DNA of 64,000 nt. It comes from an uncultured Poribacteria bacterium. GTDB taxonomy: Bacteria; Poribacteria; WGA-4E; WGA-3G. A program made the translations under genes and the position numbers. The stretch lies in the NCBI GenBank assembly GCA_951812525.1, contig OX638316.1, positions 1,064,506 through 1,128,505 of the forward strand, in the 5' to 3' direction. The notes beneath the pieces are model-generated. The model did no database searches and was not told the DNA's origin. It worked only from the letters and a program-made list of their open reading frames with translations. Each line of letters opens with the position of its first letter. Positions within the stretch are counted from its first letter, which is position 1. Shown here piece after piece: positions 17,602 through 27,853 of this stretch.

Positions 17602-18387
17602 CTAATTCGTTTGTGCAGACGCGGTGAGCGTTGCTCCCACGTAGGTCAATACACAAAACAGACCGGTAATCAGCATAGAGAGTGCCCATGGTGGTCCCTC
17701 CCCAAATGCTTTTACGGTGGTGTCAAGGTAGAGGCTGTGGCGAAAAGCTGCGAGCCCATACGTTAAGGGATTGAATTTCATTGTCCATGCTAACCAACCG
17801 GGGGCACCAGTACTCGGAAAAAACGCACCAGAAAGGAGCCAAATCGGAATTAGCAGGAGATTCATAATTGCATGAAACCCTTGCGTCGATTCCATCCGCC
17901 ACGCGATGAGCAGTCCGAGGTTTGTCAAGCCAAACGCCAAAAGTGTCATCACACTGAGCGTGAAAAGGAGCGATGCTACGCCGAACTGAATGCCAGCCAT
18001 GGGTGCGAGTATTAGAAGCAGCACACCCTGTAAGAGTGCTAACGTCGTCCCACCTAATGCTTGCGCGAATACAATCCGCCACCTTGGTACAGGAGCGACG
18101 AGTACACCTTGCAAGAAGCCTTCGCGTCGATCATTCACGACAGAGATTGTAGCGAAAATGGATGTAAAAAGCAAGACTAAAACGACGATACCGGGATAAA
18201 AGTATTCAATGTAACTCTGTCCATTCACCGACCCTACGGGCCGAAAAGAGGCATTTAAACCGCTGCCGATGAGAATCCAAAAAACCAAAGGTTGCGCAAT
18301 AGCACTGAAGAGCCGACTCCGTTGTCGATAAAATCTGATAATTTCACGCCACCATATCGTTGTAATCGGTAGCAGAATTTTCTGCAC
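17602..18387 (-). CDS. ABC-2 type exporter permease.
   Basis: Six-TM protein adjacent to the ABC ATPase. ABC-2 family pattern. Confidence 0.7.
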   Translation of the reverse strand: MQKILLPITTIWWREIIRFYRQRSRLFSAIAQPLVFWILIGSGLNASFRPVGSVNGQSYIEYFYPGIVVLVLLFTSIFATISVVNDRREGFLQGVLVAPVPRWRIVFAQALGGTTLALLQGVLLLILAPMAGIQFGVASLLFTLSVMTLLAFGLTNLGLLIAWRMESTQGFHAIMNLLLIPIWLLSGAFFPSTGAPGWLAWTMKFNPLTYGLAAFRHSLYLDTTVKAFGEGPPWALSMLITGLFCVLTYVGATLTASAQTN

Positions 18388-18420
18388 GAGATTCTTCCTT
18401 TAATGGCTATCGGCTGCCAA

Positions 18421-19341
18421 CTATCTTACGAATGGATTTCCCGTCAATTTTATAAACACATCCTCCAATGTAGGTCTTCCGAATCGAACTGTCTGAATCT
18501 GATTTGGAAATGCGGCGACAACATCTCGAACGAATTCGTGCCCCCGTTCACATTCAACCCGGAGCTGACCATCAGTCAACACCGGTGAAACACCGAACTT
18601 CTCGGCAATTGCGGTGGAGAGCGTTTCCTTAGATTTACCTTCTATGAGCACAACATCACCACCGACTTGCGCTTTGAGTTCATCAGGTGCTCCGAGTGCG
18701 ACTAAACTACCATTATCCAAGATACCGACCCGATTGCAAGCCTCGGCATCATCCAGCAGGTGCGTCGTAAGCAGCACAAGGATGTTTTCTGTATCTGCGA
18801 GCACACGGAGATAATCGTTGAGTTGCCTGCGCGCGGTTACATCCAATCCACTGGTCGGTTCATCAAGAAGCAAAACACGGGGTGAATGGAGTATGGCTTT
18901 TGCGATTTCAACTCGCCTTTGCAAACCACCGGATAGGACTTCAACGCGATCTGATGCTCTGTCTGAGACACCAACATATTCAAGGAGTTCTGAGATTCGA
19001 CGGTGCAAGGTCTTGCCGGAGAGCCCATAGAGATGTCCGTGATGCCGTAAATTCTCGGTAACAGTAAGCTTGACATCCAGCCCCGGATGCTGAAAAACAA
19101 CACCCAAGAGGTTACGAATTGCCTTCACCTCGCTGGTCAAGTCATATCCAAGGATACGAACGGTGCCGGACGTTACTGGAATTAGCGTGGAGAGGATCCT
19201 AAAAAGGGTTGTTTTCCCACTCCCGTTCGGTCCGAGGAGTCCAAAAATCTCGCCGCACGACACGCTAAAACTGACGCCATTAAGTGCGCGTCGGGTCTGA
19301 TAACTATGCGAAAGATTTTCTACCTCAAGTTTGTTTTCCAC
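18421..19341 (-). CDS. ABC transporter ATP-binding protein.
   Basis: Walker A GPNGSGKTT, signature LSGGLQRRV, Walker B LLLDEPT. Confidence 0.9.
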   Translation of the reverse strand: MENKLEVENLSHSYQTRRALNGVSFSVSCGEIFGLLGPNGSGKTTLFRILSTLIPVTSGTVRILGYDLTSEVKAIRNLLGVVFQHPGLDVKLTVTENLRHHGHLYGLSGKTLHRRISELLEYVGVSDRASDRVEVLSGGLQRRVEIAKAILHSPRVLLLDEPTSGLDVTARRQLNDYLRVLADTENILVLLTTHLLDDAEACNRVGILDNGSLVALGAPDELKAQVGGDVVLIEGKSKETLSTAIAEKFGVSPVLTDGQLRVECERGHEFVRDVVAAFPNQIQTVRFGRPTLEDVFIKLTGNPFVR

Positions 19342-19351
19342 ATCCGAAGTT

Positions 19352-19373
19352 GGCGCGCCTTTTAAGCGCGCCT
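19352..19373. repeat. Palindromic hairpin GGCGCGCC-TTTTA-AGCGCGCC. A near-identical copy sits at 48734..48755.
   Basis: Read directly from sequence. Both copies lie at gene boundaries. Confidence 0.5.
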
Positions 19374-19407
19374 AAGCATAATCCACAATAGCCTGATGTG
19401 TGCAAGT

Positions 19408-20184
19408 TTATTTAAGTTTCAGCGCGAAATCTTGCGTCACTGTGCCACCAGCCTCTACTGTAACGGAGGCGGGGGATGCGCTATTGCTGCCACAGGCTTC
19501 ATGCCAATAACCGAGTTTATAGGTGCCCGCGGGAACATCTTCAAGCGTGAACTCACCCTTTTCGTTCGTCACGGCGAAATACGGATGCGGTACATAGGCA
19601 ATCCAAGCGGACATCCAACCGTGAATGTCGCATTTCACGGACACGGGACCTTCAGCTTTCTTTACACCAGCAAGCGGCATTTTCCGACGGTTCTTTGTCT
19701 GCTGTTTGTTAACCGGCTTGTTGACGCTGCTGAAAATATGGACATTGTGATTAACCTTATCGGTATTGAGCATTGTCAGTCGAGCACCGACTGGAACAAT
19801 CTGGACATGCGGACTGAATTGGCAGCCCTTCTGGTCCATTTCCAGTTTTGTAGCTTTGTCAAAATCTTTGCCTTGCGAAATATCGATAAGATAGACAATT
19901 GTATTTTTTAGAACGTTGCCTTCACCGACGACGACAGATTCATCATATTTCTCGGCAGCACCACAAACCGCTTGGTCCTTGGTGATTTCGAGCATTTTCA
20001 TTTCAGGCACGTCCCCTTCAAACTTCACTACACCGCTAATTGTGCCGCCATTGCTAACGCCTCCAGCAGAATAGGATTCAGGAAACACCAAACTTTCTGT
20101 TTCCGCACTGTCAGCTGCAAAGGCACCACCAACATAGCAACATGCTAAAAGCAGGGCGAGCCCTGCAAACAGATAGATTTTCAT
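19408..20184 (-). CDS. Secreted cupredoxin (type-1 copper protein with amicyanin-like C-x2-H-x2-M spacing) with a C-terminal carboxypeptidase-regulatory-like beta-sandwich. Paralog of 26496..27245.
   Basis: Signal peptide. The ...HNVH... and KCDIHGWM motif gives the Cu ligands His, Cys-x2-His-x2-Met. C-terminal FTLEDVPAGTYKL. About 35% identical by eye to the second copy (MDQKGC, CDIH.WM, DVPAG). Confidence 0.6.
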   Translation of the reverse strand: MKIYLFAGLALLLACCYVGGAFAADSAETESLVFPESYSAGGVSNGGTISGVVKFEGDVPEMKMLEITKDQAVCGAAEKYDESVVVGEGNVLKNTIVYLIDISQGKDFDKATKLEMDQKGCQFSPHVQIVPVGARLTMLNTDKVNHNVHIFSSVNKPVNKQQTKNRRKMPLAGVKKAEGPVSVKCDIHGWMSAWIAYVPHPYFAVTNEKGEFTLEDVPAGTYKLGYWHEACGSNSASPASVTVEAGGTVTQDFALKLK

Positions 20185-20209
20185 TTTTACTCCTTTTTTA
20201 ATAGTATTA

Positions 20210-20308
20210 GTTATCGGTTTTCAGTTATCAGTTTTCTAATGATTATGAGTTGTCAATTTGCAGTTCAAGCAGCCAGTTGCCTCGAAGCACTGAAAACCGA
20301 CAACTATT
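20210..20308. repeat. Inverted-repeat (MITE/REP-like) element, copy B.
   Basis: Arms GTTATCGGTTTTCAGTTATCAGTT and ACTGAAAACCGACAACTATT (reverse complements with one mismatch) flank a ~55-nt core. Confidence 0.6.
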
Positions 20309-20309
20309 C

Positions 20310-22025
20310 TTACGAATTTCTTCGCTGCACGACTGCCCGTAAACCGACGAGCAAGCCGAGAGAAAGAATGGCGATCAAAGGCGGATAAACGAACCGCCTC
20401 GAAGACGGCATCGGTTCAAGGACAAAAGTATACCAACTCGTCATGACCCGTTTTGTGCCAATATCGCCGTTTGAACCGTCCCATGCGGAGAAAGCAATAG
20501 GCACGAAAACACCGGGGTCAAGTTGTAAGTCCTTTTTGTCATTGGTCTTCAAGACACGTTTCACCCATAATTTATATCGTCCGTCCGTATAAGTGCCAGT
20601 TACCTGCAAATCGCCTTGCACTTCTTGGACTTGAACATTATCAACACCCTTAGCAGTAAGCTCTGTCACCTGCTCAGGTGCAGAGGCTTTCCAGTGCCAG
20701 AGATAGACCGGAAGTCTCCCACCATATAAGAAATAGGGCTTCGGAGCAGTCGGACCTTGTGGCACCTTTACAGGAAATTGAATCGCTAAAGCGTCTTCAA
20801 GGGTCTCGCCTGTTTCCTCATCCGTCTCATCAACGGTGTGAGTGCGGTCATCCCATGTAAAGAGGAAAGCGACCTCTGTGTCGTTGTAAAACGATTTGAC
20901 GTTCACGGCATCAATCGTTGGGTTAAACTGTCGCGGCTCAATGACCACCTGCCCGACGAGAGGGAAGTATCTGGCTTCAAATGTTTCCCATGCAGTGTCA
21001 TCAATAGTAGGCAAGGCACCTTGAACGTATTGTGAACGGAGCACGCTATTTCCGATAGCCGGCTCCGGGCGTTCTTCAGGCATAAGAGATTTCACATAGT
21101 TTGCCAGATGCCAGCTCTTTTCATAGACGACCTTCATCGCATCATCATAAGTCTGTTGCTCATCTGTGCTCAACTCCATACCTTCCGTCCGATTGAGGGC
21201 AACATCAACAGCGGCATCCATTTTTTCGTAAAACAGTCCGGATTCCTCTTCCTCCGCCTCCGTCATTTCGTCTTTGTTCTCTAATTCAGTGAGGCGTTTG
21301 GACTCCTCGGATGTCAATCCGAAATGCAGGAAACTATCACCTTCAAATGCAGGCATAGGTGAACCTGCGATGCCACCGATGAATCGCTTGAAGATGTCTT
21401 CGGTGTCAAATCCACCTCGGTAATTCCAACCTTGGGTCAGATTTGCGGGCCATGTTTGGAAACCCCATTCATCAGTTAGCGTAGGGGCAGATGTGCCATC
21501 GCCTCGTCCAATGTTACCGTGGCATTCGATACAACCGAGATCCGTATAAAGACCTTTTCCGATCTCAACACTTTCTTCAGAATAGGAGATTTTGTCTGCT
21601 AAAGTAATTTCCCTCGGCGAAGCCTCACGTTCTTTGAAACCTTCATGGAACGTTTTGATATAGGCGACCAGTTCCCAGCGATCGTCAGCATTTAGGGAAG
21701 TTTCCCATCCGGGCATCGACGAACCGGGCATCCCTTCGGTAATAATGTCGTAGAGGTCCTGATCCGTTGGCAGTTCCCCGGCTTCTGTAGAACGAATCTT
21801 ATACAAACCACGCGTGAAATCTCTGGGTCTTGGAAGTAGGTTCTCAGCAGCCGATCCGTCACCCCTGCCTTCTGTCCCGTGGCAGTGTGCGCAGCTTTCC
21901 TCATAAACCTCTTTTCCTCTCTCGGAAGCCTCTGGAGCATCCTGTGCGTCTGTTACGACAGAGGGAAGTGAGCCTACTACTATTCCGATAATCAGCATCA
22001 AAAAGGCAATGTTTCTGTTTTTCAT
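20310..22025 (-). CDS. Membrane-anchored dihaem cytochrome c fused to a ~300-aa C-terminal domain (possibly an EB_dh/DOMON-like haem-binding domain) and a C-terminal TM helix.
   Basis: Two CxxCH motifs (CAHCHG, CIECHG). The C-terminal half has FLFTWDD...KPYFLYGG...WHWKA...AFSAWDGS. The C-terminal hydrophobic stretch is LIAILSLGLLVGL. Confidence 0.6.
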   Translation of the reverse strand: MKNRNIAFLMLIIGIVVGSLPSVVTDAQDAPEASERGKEVYEESCAHCHGTEGRGDGSAAENLLPRPRDFTRGLYKIRSTEAGELPTDQDLYDIITEGMPGSSMPGWETSLNADDRWELVAYIKTFHEGFKEREASPREITLADKISYSEESVEIGKGLYTDLGCIECHGNIGRGDGTSAPTLTDEWGFQTWPANLTQGWNYRGGFDTEDIFKRFIGGIAGSPMPAFEGDSFLHFGLTSEESKRLTELENKDEMTEAEEEESGLFYEKMDAAVDVALNRTEGMELSTDEQQTYDDAMKVVYEKSWHLANYVKSLMPEERPEPAIGNSVLRSQYVQGALPTIDDTAWETFEARYFPLVGQVVIEPRQFNPTIDAVNVKSFYNDTEVAFLFTWDDRTHTVDETDEETGETLEDALAIQFPVKVPQGPTAPKPYFLYGGRLPVYLWHWKASAPEQVTELTAKGVDNVQVQEVQGDLQVTGTYTDGRYKLWVKRVLKTNDKKDLQLDPGVFVPIAFSAWDGSNGDIGTKRVMTSWYTFVLEPMPSSRRFVYPPLIAILSLGLLVGLRAVVQRRNS

Positions 22026-22027
22026 TT

Positions 22028-22804
22028 TTAGTGTGCCTCCCCGAAGGTCCGCGGCTGATAACCGGTGTAATCAGATAAAAAGAGAATAACGTCCCAAATT
22101 TCGTCTTGCGTCAAGTAGTCTTCCCAGATGGGCATCGCGGAATCCCATGGCGCACCAGCAGCGGGTAACCCGGGTCCACCCTTGCTAATTCGCCAAAAGA
22201 AGAAAGATTCTTGGAAGTTCGGGATAATCCCTGGATCTTGGAAGTTCGCTGGAAGCGGTTGGAGATAGGGCGCGAAATGCCCTTGACCATCAAGATGATC
22301 TCCGTGGCAGTAAAAACAATTCTGATAATAGACCCGTCTTCCGTTCTCCACATGTGCCTTGAATGCCTCTGGATCATCCTTTTCATAATGTCGGAAGGGG
22401 TTCACGACATCTTGCATTGTGCCGATAACCTCATCCTTATAGGTCAATTCAAGTGGTGGCGATGGGTGTGCGTCCCGTGGGCTTCCCGGTGGACTCGCTC
22501 GTTGTGCGATGATCGAGTAGGTATAACCCAATAGAAACAGTGGGATTAACACAGCGATAACGCGACGGCGAATACGACGCCTGTCATCCACGAGCGTTTC
22601 ACGGATGGGCCGCAGGAACTCCTGAAAGAGTGAGTCCTCGACGGAGATATGCACCAAGATGGCGATTATAATCAACCCCATATACATTGCAATCACGCTT
22701 GCTGGTATCGGTACTGACACAACGCCTCCAATGCCGAAGCGCAGCACGAGCCAAGAACCGACTAGGATTATAAGACATATTGTGAAGAGCGACAGCCTTT
22801 TCAT
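22028..22804 (-). CDS. Membrane-anchored monohaem cytochrome c.
   Basis: Two N-terminal TM helices. One CxxCH (CFYCHG) in the C-terminal soluble domain. Confidence 0.7.
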   Translation of the reverse strand: MKRLSLFTICLIILVGSWLVLRFGIGGVVSVPIPASVIAMYMGLIIIAILVHISVEDSLFQEFLRPIRETLVDDRRRIRRRVIAVLIPLFLLGYTYSIIAQRASPPGSPRDAHPSPPLELTYKDEVIGTMQDVVNPFRHYEKDDPEAFKAHVENGRRVYYQNCFYCHGDHLDGQGHFAPYLQPLPANFQDPGIIPNFQESFFFWRISKGGPGLPAAGAPWDSAMPIWEDYLTQDEIWDVILFLSDYTGYQPRTFGEAH

Positions 22805-22880
22805 GGTGTATTTTCCTCCTCTACACAGATGTCGCCCCTACGGGGCTGAAGTAAAGAATTTGTTTTTTCACAGTTGTTTG

Positions 22881-24389
22881 TTATTCGGCGGAAGCGTCAT
22901 CTGTCTCTGCTGGTACTGCTTCCGCTGTCGCACCAGTGAGTGTGCTTAAGAAAGAGAGCAAATTAGCCATATCCGACACGGATAGGAGTAACGGGAAGTT
23001 CTCAGGCATCGGTGAAGTAACCAGTAATTTTTTACCAGAGGCGCGAGTAAAAGTAGCCTCGTTTAAATCAAACGGATCAAATATCTCTTCGCTCCCGTCA
23101 ACGATTAAGACGATTTCGTCGTCGTCCATCGTTCCTGAAACATACTCGCCAACAATTTCCTCGTCATCAAAATCGATAAGGGTCATCTGGCTTTTGACAT
23201 CCGTCTTAGAGAACGTCTTATCTTCACCGTTAACTTTAAGGGTAACCGTCTCGTCGGTTTCTGAAACGATTTCCCCAGTAACCGGTGCGTCCGCATCTGT
23301 GGGCGTTAGCGTCAAAGTAAAGTAACCTTTCGCTTGCAGATCGGTGAGTTCCTCAATCGGTTCCTCGTCAAGTTCACTCAGCAAGATCGTGTGCTCCTCT
23401 TCGACACCATCCGCAGTTTTGGTTCGGACGACAATCTGTTCTGTATCTTGTGAGACAAGCGTTCCTTGGTAAGTTGTTCCGTTGGCACTAACGGTAACAG
23501 CACCGTAACCACTTACAATTTGCGCACTCGGCATCAAGACCGATTCCTCAAGATACCGCAGGTCGTTAAAGGCAGCAATTTCAGAGAGGTCTGGCGCAGT
23601 GACGACTTCAAAGTCTGTAGTAGTTGCACCCGCTGCTGGACTTTCTATTCCCTGTACTGCGTGACAAGAGATACACGCAGCACTCACAAAAACTTTCTTA
23701 CCCTGTTCTGCGTCGCCAGTGAGTAAGGGTGGAAGGGCTGCAGCGGCTACTGCGCTGTCTGCTCTATCTATAGGCTCATCATACGGTGTCGGATCAATCT
23801 CGCCGCCTTGGCTCTGGAGGTAAGCGATAACAGCCTCAATCTCTAATTTAGAGAGAGCGATAGGTGCCTTCCAAATCTCCGGCATAATTTTGCCGTATCC
23901 GGGAACAAGATATTTATCGGGTTCATAAAGCGATTCAATAAGATACGTCTTTCCATCCATACCGGGTACGCGGCTCGCTGCATTAATGCCGATGTCTGTT
24001 AGATCCGGACATCTCCCTTTCGGTGCGGAGGTATCAACGGTATGACACGCGCTACACTGCCCCTTGCCATTAAACACCAATGCCCCTTGCTCAGCGACTG
24101 CATCCGGGTCGCTCCAATCGAGGGAGGTTAAATTCACCGCTGTGGAACTTTCGGGAACAAGGCTTGCGACAAAGGCGTAAAACCATATCACGGCAAGTGA
24201 GAACGTCAACAATTTCATGACGTTGGACCACAAGACGATGTTTATGATCACCGAGATGAGAAACCAAACCGACCAAGGCAGTAGGTTCTCTGAAGCAATC
24301 GGAAATGCAGATGCTCCAGCAATATAGGCGATGAAACTCACCACCATTAAGATTAGACTCGCAATTTTTATGAGCGTATTTTTCGACAT
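22881..24389 (-). CDS. Membrane-bound dihaem cytochrome c, with four N-terminal TM helices and a long periplasmic region.
   Basis: Likely start MSKNTLIK (ATG at 24387-24389). CxxCH x2 (CSACHT, CISCHA). Confidence 0.65.
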   Translation of the reverse strand: MSKNTLIKIASLILMVVSFIAYIAGASAFPIASENLLPWSVWFLISVIINIVLWSNVMKLLTFSLAVIWFYAFVASLVPESSTAVNLTSLDWSDPDAVAEQGALVFNGKGQCSACHTVDTSAPKGRCPDLTDIGINAASRVPGMDGKTYLIESLYEPDKYLVPGYGKIMPEIWKAPIALSKLEIEAVIAYLQSQGGEIDPTPYDEPIDRADSAVAAAALPPLLTGDAEQGKKVFVSAACISCHAVQGIESPAAGATTTDFEVVTAPDLSEIAAFNDLRYLEESVLMPSAQIVSGYGAVTVSANGTTYQGTLVSQDTEQIVVRTKTADGVEEEHTILLSELDEEPIEELTDLQAKGYFTLTLTPTDADAPVTGEIVSETDETVTLKVNGEDKTFSKTDVKSQMTLIDFDDEEIVGEYVSGTMDDDEIVLIVDGSEEIFDPFDLNEATFTRASGKKLLVTSPMPENFPLLLSVSDMANLLSFLSTLTGATAEAVPAETDDASAE

Positions 24390-24476
24390 TTTCGCCTCTT
24401 TCAAAAATTGTAGTGCTCTAAGTTCATTATGCAGAATCAGTCCAGCGTGCATACCTTTGGTATGCGTGCGTCGATA

Positions 24477-26378
24477 TTAGTCATCACCCTCAGCAGTAAC
24501 GGCGGTTTCGGCGGTAGCTGCTGCGTCCTGCTTTTTCTTTTCACCCCACAAACCGAGCCAGAAGATGAATCCAACGAGCGCAAAGAAAACCACCATGATA
24601 ATCGCCACAATGTTCACTGCTTCGCTGAGGAGCGGTGTAAACGCGTCAGCGGATGTGTCCTGCATGACCCCGAAGATATGCCACGCCTCTCTAAGCCCTG
24701 AACGCGCATAACCCATCAACCCCATAAGGGACGTAAACGTAATCGCAATGAGAATTAAGACGTATTGTGACCGATCCGTCATTTCTCCCCAATTAATAGT
24801 GCCAGAGGTCGTCGCTCTGCGGTACATGAATATGTCAACGACAGTAACGACTGCCATAACCGCGAGGGCAACCAGGACCTGATAAGGCGTAAGGATATTG
24901 ACCCGCAAATCTGTTGGGACAGTAAATCCGACGATACCGATAACCACAATTGAAACAACCGCGAGGAAAAAGATCGAGGAGATAGCGATGTTACCGACTT
25001 TTCCCCAGCTCGCCGTTGGTGTTTTCCCTGAACGCCGATAAAATAGGAAACTCAAGAAAGTGGTGAGAATAACGATGTTAACAGCCGTATTCTTGGCGGT
25101 CATTAAGCCAAACAACCCAAGATGTGGGTGGTTTGCACCGCCCATCGCGCTCAGTTCACTGGCACTTGAGATCTTAGAGAGTGTCCGTGGGGTCATCCAA
25201 ATTGCAACACAGATAACGATAACGGTAATCATGTAGGGACGATAACGCGCATAGATCTCGGCACCTTCAATTCGTCCCATGCCTGACCAGAGGTAGTAGT
25301 TCGCACCAATAAAAAGCACGCCGATCATGACTGCCTGAATGATAAATAGCCAAGAAAATAGACTACCCATCATGTTAATGCCCATGGTGTTGTTGAACAT
25401 GTAGATTTCCCGACCAAGCCAATAGCCGAGGAAAGGCAGCGGTATCAGTCCACAGAGTGCGATGAAGTTGCCGGTATAGCCCATCCAATCGTAATGTGCT
25501 TTGTCCTCTTTGGTCTTGGCGACGAGGAATCGGAAGGCAGCGTACGCTGCTACAATTGAACCTCCGAAGGCGATGTTTCCAACAAGGCGGTGGATATTAA
25601 CTGGCATCCACGTAAAATTGTTGACGGCATCCCAAACGGTACCCATGAACTCACCTGTTGTCTCGTTGTGGAGCGGCACCATTGTATGGCTTGTAACGCC
25701 TTCCATAGCGGTGTCAGGTGTTAGCGATGGATCAGCGGCTAATTTCTCCTCTATCCAAGACTTCCGCCTTCCTTCAGATAGTACGCCGTATTGGGTTGCA
25801 GGGCTTGTTTGGTAACTGAGCCATGCGTTAGAGACAAACATAATCGCAGTACCGAACACATTCAGAAGCACGCCGAGGAAGAGATGCCATCCCTTATGGC
25901 GTCCCTGCATTTTATCCCACCCGTAAGAGTAGAGGTAGAGCGTAAAGGTTTCCCCAAAGAACAGAACGACGTAAAAAATCATCGTCGGTCCGAATATCCC
26001 ACTGAGTTTTGTCATTACTTTGGGATAGCACCAGATGAGAATGAAGACGAGAACACCACCAAGTAAGGCTGTTGTGGAAAACGCGCCCATACAGAGTTTA
26101 ATAAACTCCTGCGCCATCCGATCATATCGCATGTCCTTTGTCTTCCAGCCGATAAATTCAATGATAACAGCGAACATCGGGACACCGAGAATAAAGGATC
26201 CGAATAAGAGGTGAAGCTGCGCAGCGATCCACGCTGCATTCCGGCTGCCGATCTTCGGGAAGGGACGATATTCTGCCTCGGTCGCGTCTTGGGCAAACAC
26301 CGGGGCAATCGCTAAGAAGGCATAAGCGACCAGTACGCAAGCAAATATGAGATAGAGTCTCTTTTTAGATATTTTCAT
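24477..26378 (-). CDS. Cytochrome bd-like protein: a CydA (cytochrome bd quinol oxidase subunit I) family homolog of 633 aa with an N-terminal signal/anchor. No cydB is adjacent.
   Basis: By-eye alignment to E. coli CydA helices. [22 protein letters not shown] aligns with [51 protein letters not shown] aligns with [59 protein letters not shown] aligns with [29 protein letters not shown]. Confidence 0.65.
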   Translation of the reverse strand: [633 protein letters not shown]

Positions 26379-26385
26379 CTTTTAT

Positions 26386-26479
26386 GGTTGTCGGTTGTCA
26401 GTTGTCAGTAAAAGTGCGATTTGTGGAATTCACGTAGTACACAACTGCCACAAGCCTTAACCGATAACCGACAACTATT
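26386..26479. repeat. Inverted-repeat (MITE/REP-like) element, copy C.
   Basis: Arms GGTTGTCGGTTGTCAGTTGTCAGT and AACCGATAACCGACAACTATT. Confidence 0.6.
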
Positions 26480-26495
26480 AAAATCGTTTAAAAAA

Positions 26496-27245
26496 CTATT
26501 TAGCGCGTTTCTTGAAATCAGCACTCGTAAAGTTTACAGCAACATCACCACTCGCTGACACTTCAACAGTTTTGTTGGCTGAACCGAGTTCTTCATGCCA
26601 TGCAACAACCCGGACTTTACCGGCTGGAACATCAGCAATCGAATAGCTGCCAGCATCTGCGGATTTCTCGTATGCATCCGAACTAATCCATGCGCCATCA
26701 GCATCTTTGTAACCTGTGACGGTGAAGAAGTTGCTGTTGACAGCGACAATGTAGCCGGTCATCCAAGCGTGAATATCACATGTGAACTTAATCTCCTCAG
26801 CTTTGGCGATTTTGTGAGGGATGATTTTGCCGGGCTGCGGAATTTGATAGTTTATAGCGTCATTCTTTTTGGCGTGCGAATGGACATTGTGGGCGATCGG
26901 GTCGCTGGAGGTAATATCAACGGTAGAACCGGCAACAACCGCTAGGACGTGCGGGTAGTAAGCGCATCCCTTTTGGTCCATAACTGGATTCTTATCTGGG
27001 ACGGTAACTTTAGCACCACGGACGCGAGCGTAAAGGACAACGTTCTTGATGCCTTTGCCTTTTGAGACAACGAGTGCTTCGGATTTTGTGCCGGCTACAG
27101 CGTCAATACAATGTTGGTCTTTGGTAGCCGTTAAGGCGGGACGCGCCGGTGCATCACCATCATACATTACGGTACCGGTGATGGTGCCTGCGAAGGCAGT
27201 ACTTGCGAGCATTGCGCAAAGAAGCAATGTGACTAAAATCTTCAT
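26496..27245 (-). CDS. Secreted cupredoxin, paralog 2 (C-x2-H-x2-M type-1 Cu site) with a carboxypeptidase-regulatory-like C-terminus.
   Basis: Likely start MKILVTLLLC (ATG at 27243-27245). HNVH...CDIHAWM. C-terminal DVPAGKVRVVAWHE. Confidence 0.6.
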   Translation of the reverse strand: MKILVTLLLCAMLASTAFAGTITGTVMYDGDAPARPALTATKDQHCIDAVAGTKSEALVVSKGKGIKNVVLYARVRGAKVTVPDKNPVMDQKGCAYYPHVLAVVAGSTVDITSSDPIAHNVHSHAKKNDAINYQIPQPGKIIPHKIAKAEEIKFTCDIHAWMTGYIVAVNSNFFTVTGYKDADGAWISSDAYEKSADAGSYSIADVPAGKVRVVAWHEELGSANKTVEVSASGDVAVNFTSADFKKRAK

Positions 27246-27391
27246 AATTTGACTTCTCCTTATATATTTAAATTTATCCTGCAATATATTAACACCACAG
27301 AATTTCAGAATGCAAATAAATAGACCTAAACTTTTTTATTGTTATGTATCTAACTTGCGAGCGTTTCGGGAGATACATATTTGCAAGTTAA

Positions 27392-27820
27392 TTAAGGACG
27401 AAACGTCTCTTTAATATAGTCGAGAATCTCCCGTTGTTCCTCATCGCTGAGGTAATAATAGAACGCTGGCATATCGTCCTTCCCTGTGTCGATGCTATCC
27501 AACAGTTGTTCATCGTCATGCATTTCCCACAAACTATTATCCGTTAGGTCTGCTGGATCCAACTTCTTGAAACGACCAATACGTCCGTTGCCTTGTCCGT
27601 TATTCCCATGGCAGCCAGCGCAGTACCGAGCGTACTTGTATTCAACGTCCGACTGATACTTCGTGCTCGGATCAACCTGCTTGCCCAACCATATTAGTCC
27701 GTTGAGCCAAACAATAATCATAACGATAACAACGGCAAGGTGTCTCATAGTCCTATACCTTAGCCCAACGGTGTGGTTGTAGGTGTTAGGGTTTCGAGAC
27801 GCGTCCGCTGCTTGCGGCAC
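27392..27820 (-). CDS. Membrane-anchored monohaem cytochrome c.
   Basis: N-terminal TM helix, then CAGCHG. Confidence 0.75.
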   Translation of the reverse strand: MPQAADASRNPNTYNHTVGLRYRTMRHLAVVIVMIIVWLNGLIWLGKQVDPSTKYQSDVEYKYARYCAGCHGNNGQGNGRIGRFKKLDPADLTDNSLWEMHDDEQLLDSIDTGKDDMPAFYYYLSDEEQREILDYIKETFRP

Positions 27821-27853
27821 GCCTGTTATATGGAAGCACGCCCAAGCCTCAGA

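Noticed and set aside
20310-22025. Calling the cytochrome c as CcoP of a cbb3 oxidase
   Set aside because: No ccoN/ccoO are present. The dihaem domain is instead fused to a large extra C-terminal domain.
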